Shown: positions 1 to 8,944 of the stretch, one piece after another | Position numbering within the stretch: position 1 is the first letter of the stretch | Layout: each line of letters begins with the position of its first letter | DNA from: Candidatus Latescibacterota bacterium | GTDB lineage: Bacteria > Latescibacterota > UBA2968 > UBA8231 | Assembly (NCBI GenBank): GCA_965248265.1 | Contig: CBDFJF010000001.1 | Coordinates: 2,912,001-2,976,000 of the forward strand | Length of the DNA: 64,000 bases | Direction of reading: 5' to 3' | Program-made: the position numbers and the translations under genes | Notes under the pieces: generated by a model | Told to the model about the DNA's origin: nothing | Databases searched by the model: none | Seen by the model: only the letters and a program-made list of their open reading frames with translations

Positions 1-116
1 TGGCCGTCAGGTAATCCCGCTGCTTTTCCCACCTGCGTAATTCCGTGTAGAATAGCATTGCGCTCGCGGCTGTCGGAAACTGCGGCTGTCGCACGCGCAC
101 ACATAGTCCCACTCAA

Positions 117-2120
117 CTACCGCTGCATAAACACGGTCACCCTGTTACCGGTGCCCCCGGCGATCAGGTCGATGATGAGCCAGACGCCGGTGCAGACAAT
201 CTGGCCCAGGATCAACCCCAGGAAGAACGGCCGCATGGCATTGTAGAGTTTGGCCCCGCCGTACTTGAGTACGATGGCCTTGATGAGGGAGCCAATGAAG
301 ATGCTGAACCATGCCAGGCTGCTGATGTTGCTGGCGCTCACGGCGAAGCCGAGTGGATGCAGCGGCCACCACAGAAAGTGATGGCGCAGCAGGATCAGCC
401 CTGCCATGAGGGCTCCGCCTATCGCCGTCCATAGTGCCCGCGGCCAGATGATGTCCGGCGTGGTCGAGAACGAAACCGGGTTGGCGATCTTGTAGCGGGC
501 GAACTCGAAGGTGCTTTTCGCAGTCCAGGTGAAGAGTGGGCGTTCGAGATTGACCCCTCCGTACTCGTACGCGGCCCAAATGAGGAACACCAGCGAACTC
601 ACCAGGCTGACGATGATGGCCAGCATGATGACCCAGAACAGGGGTCGCCGCAGTACGCCCACTCCCTGGGCCATTTTCATCGCATTGATGGCTGAGGCCA
701 TGAGCAGAACGCGGAGGTAACCCGCCCACGTGAAGCTCAGCGCAAGGCTGAACACACCCGCGTGAGTGACCGTCGATGTCCCGGCAAAGTTGACGATGAG
801 CGGTTGTGCCGGCATCGGCGGCATCATGAAACCCAGTCCGCCCTCGGCAACCAGACGAGCCATGAAGATGAAAATCGCGAAGGCCACCAGCAGGAAGGCG
901 ACGGTGATGGCCATGGGGAGACCCGACAGGTAGAGCCAAACGGTTGTATAGGCGCCGCACAGTACCAGGATCGCCACCGCTGCCCGGTAGGAGAGGACCT
1001 CCTCGGTGTCGTCCACTCCCTTACCCGTTACCACCTTGCGCCAGACCTCGCGCAGATGGCCGCGGGCCGTCCATACTCCGAAAAGGACGAGAACGAACAT
1101 GGCGCCCGTGGTCATGAAGGCGACCAGGAGGGTGCCCTCCATGTAGCGCTCGATATCACCCTGGAGCCGGTAACCCGTCATCATCTGCCAACCCATGAAA
1201 CACTTGGTCACCAGGTGGAAAAACCAGAAGCCAACGGCGACCTGTAAGCTGAGCAGATAGGCGAAGCCGATGACGGTGAAGCTGAGGTTGAACACCAACC
1301 CGGTAGTTTCGCGAAACAGCAGCGCCACCGAATAGAAGTTCGGTTCTGGTATGACCGGAAAGTACTGGTGCAGCCCTCGGGCGCTGAGCAGGATGAACGG
1401 CACCGCGAAGCCGGCCCACATCACCGGATTCTTCAGAAACGGACTTACCCGGTCGCGGAGCCCCCCGGTATCCGTCATTTCCATCGGCAGCTGTACCAGT
1501 GGAAAGGCCAGACGCTCGTGTTCCACCCATTGACGGCGCACCAGCACCATGGCCGCGATCATCATCAGGTAGATGGCGATAATGAAGCTGATCCAGATGG
1601 ATAGGGGTCCTATCCACGCACCCCAGGGCACGGACCCGCCCGCCGGCAGCCCCTCGTAGAAATCCTTGATGGCACGAGGGTCCTGTGGCACCATCCAGCT
1701 CTTGATGAGCGGATGCAGCACCTCGGCCCAGTTGTTCTCCGGCGTCGCGAAGTAGTAGACCCCCGGCAAGGTGCCGACGAACAGACCCGAGAACCCCCAC
1801 GTCGGAATCGTCGAGGCAATGATGAGCATGATGTAGATGACGACGAGCTCATCACGCGCAAACCCCGAGTCACGACGCACCAGCTTCATGCAAGGATTCA
1901 CCAGCGCCATGAGGACGAAGAGAATGCAGATGGCTCCCGCGGTGATGTAATCGGCAGACATGCTGCCTTTGCCCAGAACCACACGGGTGTATGTGAAACC
2001 GACACTGATGACGAGGGACAGCAAAACCCCGGCGACCACCGAGCGGATGGTGATACGCCCGAACAGGCCGGAGCCAGCGGCGCTTTCTGTCGTGTGAGAA
2101 ACTTCGGCAGGTGGATTCAA
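117..2120 (-). CDS. Large polytopic membrane protein (DUF6785/DUF6784-like putative transporter), paralogue 2
   Basis: Many hydrophobic segments; motifs RRQWVEHERLAFPLVQLP, ARLVAEGG, WWPLHPLGF, RPFFLGLILG. The TTG at 2120 just after the upstream stop is preferred over the ORF-track start at 2177. Confidence 0.75.
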   Translation of the reverse strand: MNPPAEVSHTTESAAGSGLFGRITIRSVVAGVLLSLVISVGFTYTRVVLGKGSMSADYITAGAICILFVLMALVNPCMKLVRRDSGFARDELVVIYIMLIIASTIPTWGFSGLFVGTLPGVYYFATPENNWAEVLHPLIKSWMVPQDPRAIKDFYEGLPAGGSVPWGAWIGPLSIWISFIIAIYLMMIAAMVLVRRQWVEHERLAFPLVQLPMEMTDTGGLRDRVSPFLKNPVMWAGFAVPFILLSARGLHQYFPVIPEPNFYSVALLFRETTGLVFNLSFTVIGFAYLLSLQVAVGFWFFHLVTKCFMGWQMMTGYRLQGDIERYMEGTLLVAFMTTGAMFVLVLFGVWTARGHLREVWRKVVTGKGVDDTEEVLSYRAAVAILVLCGAYTTVWLYLSGLPMAITVAFLLVAFAIFIFMARLVAEGGLGFMMPPMPAQPLIVNFAGTSTVTHAGVFSLALSFTWAGYLRVLLMASAINAMKMAQGVGVLRRPLFWVIMLAIIVSLVSSLVFLIWAAYEYGGVNLERPLFTWTAKSTFEFARYKIANPVSFSTTPDIIWPRALWTAIGGALMAGLILLRHHFLWWPLHPLGFAVSASNISSLAWFSIFIGSLIKAIVLKYGGAKLYNAMRPFFLGLILGQIVCTGVWLIIDLIAGGTGNRVTVFMQR

Positions 2121-2127
2121 GAGCGGC

Positions 2128-4152
2128 TCAGTAGCGATAATGGAACACGGGCACGCGGCTGCCGGTGCCACCGGCAAACAAATCCAGGATCATCCAGAAG
2201 CCGGCGCAGGTAATCTGCCCAAGAATCATGCCCAGGAAGAATGGCCGCAACGCCAGGTACAACCGAACCCCTCCGTACTTGAGCAGGGAGGCTTTGATCA
2301 TCGAGCCGAGAAAGATGCTGAACCAGGCTCTGGACGTCACGTTGCTCGCACTCACGGCGAAGCCGAGCGGATGCAGCGGCCACCATAAGAAGTGGTGACG
2401 CAGATAGATCAAAACGCCCATCACCATGCCGCCGATGCTCGTCCACAGCGCCCTCGGCCACATGATGTCGGGAGTACCCGAGAACGACAGGGGGTTCTCT
2501 ATCTTGTAGGCGGCGAAGTCGACGGTGTTGCGGGCGTTGTTGGTGAAGAACCAGGGCTCTAGATTGGCAGCTCCCTCCTGGTAACAGAGCCAGATGATGA
2601 TCCCCAGAGAGCTTACCAGGCTCACCAGCATGGCCACGATCATGACCCAGAACAGGGGCCGTTTCAGAATGCCGACTCCCTGAGCCATCTTCATCCCGTT
2701 GATGGCCGAGGCCATGAGCATGATCCGGACGCTGCCGGCCCAGCTGAAACTGAGAGCCATGCTAAAAATTCCAGCGTCAGTGACTGTAGTCGTTCCGGCG
2801 AAGTTCATGACAATCGTCTGAGCCGACATCTGCGGCTGCATGAAGCCGATCCCACCTTCGGCGACCAGGCGCGCCATGAAGATGAAAATGGCGAAGGCGA
2901 CGATGAAGAACAGGAGGGTGATGATGATGGGGACACCACTCATGTTCAGCCAGATCGTTACATAGATCCCGCAGACGACGAGAATGGCGGCCGCAGCACG
3001 GTAGGAGAGGATCTCCTCACTGTCGTCGACACCGGTCCCGGTAATGACCTTTCGCCAGATCGCTTTGAGGTGGCTGCGGCTGACCCAGGCCCCGAACGCC
3101 ACCAGCACCAGCATGGCCCCCATGCCCTGGTATGCCAGCATGAGGGTCCCTTCCATGAAGCGCTCGATCTCACCCTGGAGGCGGTAGCCGATCAGGTACT
3201 GCCAGCTCATCTGCGCCTTGGCCAGCAGGTGAAAGAACCAGAAGCTGGAGGCCACGTGCAGGCTGAGCAGGTAGGCCAGACCGATCACGGTGAAACTGAG
3301 ATTGATCTCGACGCTCGCCTGCTGGCGGAACAGCTTCGCTCTCGCGTAGAGCTCGGGGTCCGGTACAACAGGGAAGTACTGGTGCAAACCCTTCATGCTC
3401 AGCACGCAAAAAGCCAGCGCGAAGCCCGTCCACATCACCGGGTTTTTGAAGAACGGACCCAGGACCTGGTTGGCCCTGCCGGTCTCGGCCATTTCCAGGG
3501 GCAGCTGAACCAGGGGGAATGCCAGGCGCTCGTGCTCCACCCATTGGCGCCGGATCAGAACCATGCAGGCGATCATCATCAGGTAGATGGCGATGATGAA
3601 GGTACCCCAGGCCAGCATCGGTACCGCCCATGCTACCCACGGTACCGAGCCGCCCACCGGCAACCCCTCGAAGAAGCTCTTGATCGCCTCCTCGTCCTGC
3701 GGCACCATCCATGGCTTGATCAGAGGATAAAGGATGTCCACCCATCTGTTTTCCGGCGACGCGAAGTAATAGACGGCCGGCAGCATGGGGATCAGGTTGG
3801 CCGAGAACCCCCACGTCGGAATCGTCGAGGCGATGATGAGCATGATGTAGATGACGGCCAGCTCGGCGCGGTCGAAGGCCCAGCTCTGGCGGACCAGCCG
3901 CGTGCAGGGATTGAGCAGCACCGTGACGCCGAAGAACACGAATATGGCCCCGGCCGTGATGAAGTCGGAGTTCATGCCGGTCGTTAAGAAAACCACGCGG
4001 GTGTAGGTGAAACCGACGCTGACGATCAGACTCAGCAACGCGCCGGTGATCACCGAGCGGATGGTGATGTGACCGTGCTGAGTACCGGAGGAGCCTGGCG
4101 ATGGAGCAGGTGACGGTGTGGGTGTTGGTGAAGTTGGGGAAGGAGGAGGCAT
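2128..4152 (-). CDS. Large polytopic membrane protein (DUF6785/DUF6784-like putative transporter), paralogue 1
   Basis: 674 aa, collinear with 117-2120 and sharing the same motifs; Pro/Ser/Thr-rich N-terminal tail. Confidence 0.75.
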   Translation of the reverse strand: MPPPSPTSPTPTPSPAPSPGSSGTQHGHITIRSVITGALLSLIVSVGFTYTRVVFLTTGMNSDFITAGAIFVFFGVTVLLNPCTRLVRQSWAFDRAELAVIYIMLIIASTIPTWGFSANLIPMLPAVYYFASPENRWVDILYPLIKPWMVPQDEEAIKSFFEGLPVGGSVPWVAWAVPMLAWGTFIIAIYLMMIACMVLIRRQWVEHERLAFPLVQLPLEMAETGRANQVLGPFFKNPVMWTGFALAFCVLSMKGLHQYFPVVPDPELYARAKLFRQQASVEINLSFTVIGLAYLLSLHVASSFWFFHLLAKAQMSWQYLIGYRLQGEIERFMEGTLMLAYQGMGAMLVLVAFGAWVSRSHLKAIWRKVITGTGVDDSEEILSYRAAAAILVVCGIYVTIWLNMSGVPIIITLLFFIVAFAIFIFMARLVAEGGIGFMQPQMSAQTIVMNFAGTTTVTDAGIFSMALSFSWAGSVRIMLMASAINGMKMAQGVGILKRPLFWVMIVAMLVSLVSSLGIIIWLCYQEGAANLEPWFFTNNARNTVDFAAYKIENPLSFSGTPDIMWPRALWTSIGGMVMGVLIYLRHHFLWWPLHPLGFAVSASNVTSRAWFSIFLGSMIKASLLKYGGVRLYLALRPFFLGMILGQITCAGFWMILDLFAGGTGSRVPVFHYRY

Positions 4153-4300
4153 GATCCGGTTCGTTACCGTGTCAATTTGGTTGCTCGGGTTTGAACTGTT
4201 GCCTCGACTGTCCTTGCACTGTACGGTACCGCTTAGGCGCTAAGATGACGTAACCGAGAGAGCGCTACAAGCTGGTTTCTGGCTTCAGAGGGAGCTTGAC

Positions 4301-5134
4301 TTGAACCCGATCGACCTGCGTACCCGACTGCGTGATGGCGAACGCTTCCTCCTCGACGGCGGCGTCGGTTCCGAGCTGACACGTCTGGGCCTTGAGCACC
4401 GGCCCGGCGTCATTCACGGTCCGGAGGTGACCCGTAAGGTACATGAGAACTATCTGGGAGCCGGTGTTGATCTACTGACGACAGACACCTTCACCACCAA
4501 CCGCTACGTCCTGCGCCGGTTCGGCCACCCCGAAGAGCGCATGGCCGAGTTCACCCGCCAGGCGGTCGAGATCGCCCGTGAAGCGCGGGATCGAATCAAT
4601 CCGAAGGCGCTGATCGTCGGCAGTATGTCGGGTCCTGGATTCGAGAATATTGAACAGGAGTACGCCGATCAGGCCGAGGCGCTTGTTGCCGGCGGCGTCG
4701 ACATCCTGCAGCCGGAGTACACTTCTTTCATTAACTGCGCTCCGGCCGTGCGCGCTGCATCGCGGAGTGGCTTGCCTGTCTTTCTCGGCGTCCGGCATGT
4801 GACCGAGAAAGGCCTCTTGGACACCGGACACACCATCCAGGAAGTCATCGACTCCCTCGACGGCAACCTGCCCGATGCCATTCTGTTGATGTGCAGCCCA
4901 CCCGAGGCGATCTCAATATCTCTTCCGGTACTGCGACAAGCATTCGATGGCGCGATCGGAGGCTATGCCAACATCCTGCATCGGTGGGATGAACTCACGC
5001 CGGAGCGCTATGCCGAGTTCGGACGCGGATGGATCCGCGACCACGGCGCCCAGATCATGGGTGGGTGTTGCGGCACCCGGCCAGAGCACATCGCCGGCCT
5101 GCGCTCCGTGGTGAATGAGGCTATCCCCGAATGA
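4301..5134 (+). CDS. Homocysteine S-methyltransferase family protein
   Basis: LLDGGVGSEL start, VHENYLGAGVD, Zn ligands LMCS and GGCCGTRPEHI. Confidence 0.88.
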   Translation: MNPIDLRTRLRDGERFLLDGGVGSELTRLGLEHRPGVIHGPEVTRKVHENYLGAGVDLLTTDTFTTNRYVLRRFGHPEERMAEFTRQAVEIAREARDRINPKALIVGSMSGPGFENIEQEYADQAEALVAGGVDILQPEYTSFINCAPAVRAASRSGLPVFLGVRHVTEKGLLDTGHTIQEVIDSLDGNLPDAILLMCSPPEAISISLPVLRQAFDGAIGGYANILHRWDELTPERYAEFGRGWIRDHGAQIMGGCCGTRPEHIAGLRSVVNEAIPE

Positions 5135-5690
5135 AATCGGCGACGGCTTTTCCAAGAACAGCATAGCCTTCATCCGAGAAGTGGACCCCATCCTGGCTCA
5201 GGATCTTCTCGGGCCCCGCCTTCACGACGACGGCGTTGAGATCGTTGATCTCCAGCTCCAGTATCCGCGCCTGGTCGAGCAGGCCCTCGTTGTAGGTGTT
5301 CACATCGACGGCGAAGCGGCGGAAGTCTCCAAGTTCCTCGTGAATACGATTGTGCCACTCTTCGTCCAGCGGTGTCGTTGTCGCCCAGATCAACCGCGCA
5401 TTCGTATCTGTCCTGATGCGCTCCGTGATGGTGCGGATGTTGCGGTAGTAACCCTCGAGTGTGACCTGGTTCGCCGTCGAGCCAAAGGGTCGGCGCAGAT
5501 CATGGAGCCCGACGTTGATGTGGACGACATCCGGGGCGCGTTCGGTGACGCTGTCCAGGTACTCCAGCACCTTCTGGCTGGAGCCGCCGTTTTCGTCCGA
5601 CCCCCACACCTCGGCGAAACCGGTCAGCTCCGCCCGCACGTACTTCTGGTACCCCATGCGGATGGAGTCACCGATCAGGACGACATTCAT
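5121..5690 (-). CDS. SGNH/GDSL hydrolase
   Basis: LIGDSI block I, NVGLHD block III, DGVHF block V. Confidence 0.88.
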   Translation of the reverse strand: MNVVLIGDSIRMGYQKYVRAELTGFAEVWGSDENGGSSQKVLEYLDSVTERAPDVVHINVGLHDLRRPFGSTANQVTLEGYYRNIRTITERIRTDTNARLIWATTTPLDEEWHNRIHEELGDFRRFAVDVNTYNEGLLDQARILELEINDLNAVVVKAGPEKILSQDGVHFSDEGYAVLGKAVADFIRG

Positions 5691-5758
5691 GGTTCAATCT
5701 CCTGGCTTGGGATGCCTTCACAGCATCTCGTATCCGCTGCGAGGTGATGGGCATAGCC

Positions 5759-8071
5759 TCACTCTTCGCCGCTCTGTCCGCCGGCGAAGAAACTCGCTGC
5801 ATCCTGTGTAGTCCGAAACGCCTTCCGGAATGCCCGGGTTTCGTCCAGCAGGACGAGAAGCTTGTCGACGGCAGCGGACGCATCAACCACAGCACACCGC
5901 TCGAACAGGATCTCTCCAACCGCATCGCGCGTCGCCCGTACCCCCATCGCCGGCAGCACCTCCAACCCGGCGACCACCGTGCGCTCGCTGTGCGCCATGG
6001 CGCCGGCCAGTTTCTGCAGGGAGCTGCGACCTTGGTATTCAGCTAGCGTGTATTTCACCAGGCCACCCAACCGCTGCGTAAATGCCTCGTAAGAATCGAC
6101 GCCTTGATCCTTCGCGAACACGTAGATCTCTTCTGGCTTCACCCGCTCCAACACCATAGCGACCTCTCCCCGGCCCGGCGGGGCGCTCCAGACTACCAGT
6201 GTGCTACCTGTCGTCAACTCCGCTCGCGGCTTCGCCCTTTCGTGCTCAACTGCTTCACCCCAGATCTGCGGGTCTGCGGTTTCAGCAATAATCTCATCCA
6301 GCTTCTCGAGCGGGGCTGACTCCGCTCTGAAATCGTAGACAACGGCCTTTGTCCCCGCACTCTCCCCACCTTCCGCTCTTCCCGACCGCTCAAAGTCCTG
6401 CAAGGTGATCGACAGCGTCTGTTTCCCGCGGAAGAAACCGGGTCGCACGCGCACGACCATGTCCAAGCGTCCGTTTGGCAGGGCTTCATCGGCGCTGCTC
6501 CACCACAGGACCTCGCACTTGTGTCCGGCAAGGTCGCTGACGACCAGTTTTCGATGGGCCTTGTCCTTGCCGATCGGCCGGTCCTCTTCTACTTGCAGGC
6601 CAGGGCAGAGGATGTTGACGGGGGGATTCCCGGGGCCGAACGGCGCCAGCGCTTCCAACTGCAGGGCGGTGTCGAGGGTCAGCTCCTCCAGCGGCAGCTC
6701 GAGCTCGATGTCGACGGTCGGCTCCGGCGTTCGGCCCGTGCGCTGATCGATGAGGGCTTTTGACACACCGCGTCGGAACGCCTCGACGTTCCCCGCATCC
6801 AGCGATAACCCGGCTGCCATCGGATGGCCCCCGAAGCCCATCAGGATGTCGGATTGAGTCGCGATAGCTCGAGTGATGTGATAGCCCTCGACCGAGCGCG
6901 CCGATCCGCGTGCCGGTTTACCCTCCGGCGTCGTCAGCATGATCGTTGGTTTGCCGAACTCCTCCACCAGGCGACTGGCGACGATGCCGATGACACCCTC
7001 GTGCCACAGCGGATTGGCCAACACAAGAGCAGCGTACTGCCGCAGAGAAGGCTCCTGCTGCACCTGCGCCGCGGCCGAATCGTAGACGACGGAGGTCTCG
7101 AACTTGCGCTCTTCATTCAGACGCTCGAGCTGGTCGGCGATCTCCTTTGCCTGCGCTTCGTCCGTCGTCGTCAGCAGCGGTACCGAGACGTTGGCATCCG
7201 ACAACCGGCCGACCGCGTTGAGCCTCGGGCCAATCTGGAAACCGATGTCCTCGTCGTTGAGCAGATCCATTTTGACTCCGGCGTTGTCGGCCAGAGCCAG
7301 AAAACCGGGTCGCTCCGTCGAACGCAACACCTCCAGGCCGCGCTGCAGCAGGTAGCGGGTATCCCGTCGTTGGAGTGCCAGGTCTGCGACGATGCCGACC
7401 GCCACCAGGTCCAGGCAGCTCTCCAGCTCAACCGCGCGTCCGGCGCGCGTGAACAGCGCTTCGATGATCTTGTAAGCCACGCCTACGCCGGGAAGACCAC
7501 TCAATGGGTCATCTTCGGCATGGAACTTCGGATTGATCAGGGCGAAAGCCTTGGGCAACTCGTCAGGCAGGTCATGGTGGTCCGTTATTACGACATCGAT
7601 GCCGGCCTCGTGGGCAAAGGCGACGCTATCGACGGCGGCAATCCCGGTATCGCATGTGACCAGCAGGTCGAAACCCTTTTCGATGTAGCGCTGCAGGACC
7701 TGCGGCTGCACACCGTGCGACTCGTGCTGGCGGACCGGAATGTGGTAGGAAACATTACCCCCAATCCGCTCCAGCATGGAAACAAGCAATGACGTCGACG
7801 TCTGCCCGTCGACATCGAAATCACCCCAGACCAGAATGCGCTCGTTGTTGCGGATCGCCCGTTCGATCCGTTCGACACCGATCACCAGGTCGTGCAAGGT
7901 CTCTGGAGCGGCAGGGGTGTAGGCATCCGGATCCAGAAACGGCCGCACCTGTTCGGGGTCATCCATGCCGCGACCGGCCAGGACCTGCGCCACCAGTGGC
8001 CGGCCCGAAGTCGCATCGAGCAAAGACTGCGAGACCTCGGCGGCCCGGATGGGATTCCACTTGAGGTTCAT
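5759..8071 (-). CDS. recJ: ssDNA-specific exonuclease RecJ with long C-terminal extension
   Basis: GDFDVDG, TCDTG, ITDHH, GPRLNAVGRL, GSARS, GGHPMAAG, LAPFGPGNP. Confidence 0.95.
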   Translation of the reverse strand: MNLKWNPIRAAEVSQSLLDATSGRPLVAQVLAGRGMDDPEQVRPFLDPDAYTPAAPETLHDLVIGVERIERAIRNNERILVWGDFDVDGQTSTSLLVSMLERIGGNVSYHIPVRQHESHGVQPQVLQRYIEKGFDLLVTCDTGIAAVDSVAFAHEAGIDVVITDHHDLPDELPKAFALINPKFHAEDDPLSGLPGVGVAYKIIEALFTRAGRAVELESCLDLVAVGIVADLALQRRDTRYLLQRGLEVLRSTERPGFLALADNAGVKMDLLNDEDIGFQIGPRLNAVGRLSDANVSVPLLTTTDEAQAKEIADQLERLNEERKFETSVVYDSAAAQVQQEPSLRQYAALVLANPLWHEGVIGIVASRLVEEFGKPTIMLTTPEGKPARGSARSVEGYHITRAIATQSDILMGFGGHPMAAGLSLDAGNVEAFRRGVSKALIDQRTGRTPEPTVDIELELPLEELTLDTALQLEALAPFGPGNPPVNILCPGLQVEEDRPIGKDKAHRKLVVSDLAGHKCEVLWWSSADEALPNGRLDMVVRVRPGFFRGKQTLSITLQDFERSGRAEGGESAGTKAVVYDFRAESAPLEKLDEIIAETADPQIWGEAVEHERAKPRAELTTGSTLVVWSAPPGRGEVAMVLERVKPEEIYVFAKDQGVDSYEAFTQRLGGLVKYTLAEYQGRSSLQKLAGAMAHSERTVVAGLEVLPAMGVRATRDAVGEILFERCAVVDASAAVDKLLVLLDETRAFRKAFRTTQDAASFFAGGQSGEE

Positions 8072-8101
8072 GAGGGGTGGATGCGCTTCAGGTGAGGGTG
8101 C

Positions 8102-8944
8102 TCAAAACGCGATCGCTTCGTAGTCATCGAGATCCCCCAACTGCGAAGGCGCTTCCTCTTCGCTTTCGAGATCACCGTCGTCCAGGTACCCCGCCACACC
8201 CCCTCGGTCACAGAAGGAGCGGTACACGCAGAACATGCACTTCTTCTCATCCGTCGTGAGCCCGAACGAGCCCCGCTCGCGACTCAGGATCTCGTCGACC
8301 AGGCCACCCAGGTAGGCCTCGTCCTGGCCATACTGCTCCTCATTGTAGGCAAAGACCTCCGGATCATCCGGAAAATCCGAGTACCAGTAGACCATCTCGA
8401 TTTCGTCCGGCGTCAGCGGCTTGCCATCGGCGAGTGCTGCTCCCGCCTGAAGCAACAGGTAGGGATAGATCCGCGTCTGCAGTCGATCCGTCAGCCATTC
8501 TCTAGTGTGTCTGCGACGCCAGGTCTTCCAGTCAAAGATGCGGGCGCGGCGCATGTCTTCTGCATCACCATTGCCGATGACGATCAGATCACACGTCGCC
8601 ACTAGCGTGCTGACGCCGATGGTCCCAACCAGCGTCTTCTCGGCGAACCGCTCTCCATCGACATCAGCCGGCCGCTGCACCATATAACTGTTCCACCAGC
8701 GCGAGATATCGGCATCCTTGGCGGAATCAGGCACCGGCACCGAAATGCCCAACACGTCACGGTGAACCATTTCGTGGAAGCGGCGACCATCGACCATGTG
8801 GCGCTCGCTCTGCAGCAGCGGCTCGCTTTCCACCGCCGGCCACTTGAGCTCTTCGAGGTAGCTCAGTTCATAGCGGCGGGCGCAGTCGACGTAGGCCTGC
8901 AGGCTGTGGGCGCTGAAGGAGAGTTGTTTATCCGTCACTATCAC
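8102..8944 (-). CDS. Stand-alone PD-(D/E)XK (RecB/AddB-type) nuclease with Fe-S staple cysteines
   Basis: FSAHSLQAYVDC, CDLIV, IFDWKT, LQTRIY, CMFCVYRSFC; GTG start (8944 or 8938) overlaps the helicase stop. Confidence 0.85.
   Translation of the reverse strand: MIVTDKQLSFSAHSLQAYVDCARRYELSYLEELKWPAVESEPLLQSERHMVDGRRFHEMVHRDVLGISVPVPDSAKDADISRWWNSYMVQRPADVDGERFAEKTLVGTIGVSTLVATCDLIVIGNGDAEDMRRARIFDWKTWRRRHTREWLTDRLQTRIYPYLLLQAGAALADGKPLTPDEIEMVYWYSDFPDDPEVFAYNEEQYGQDEAYLGGLVDEILSRERGSFGLTTDEKKCMFCVYRSFCDRGGVAGYLDDGDLESEEEAPSQLGDLDDYEAIAF

Noticed and set aside
8102-8944. Cas4/CRISPR interpretation of the Fe-S nuclease
   Set aside because: No cas1/cas2 or repeat-spacer array in the window; the context is helicase and recJ.
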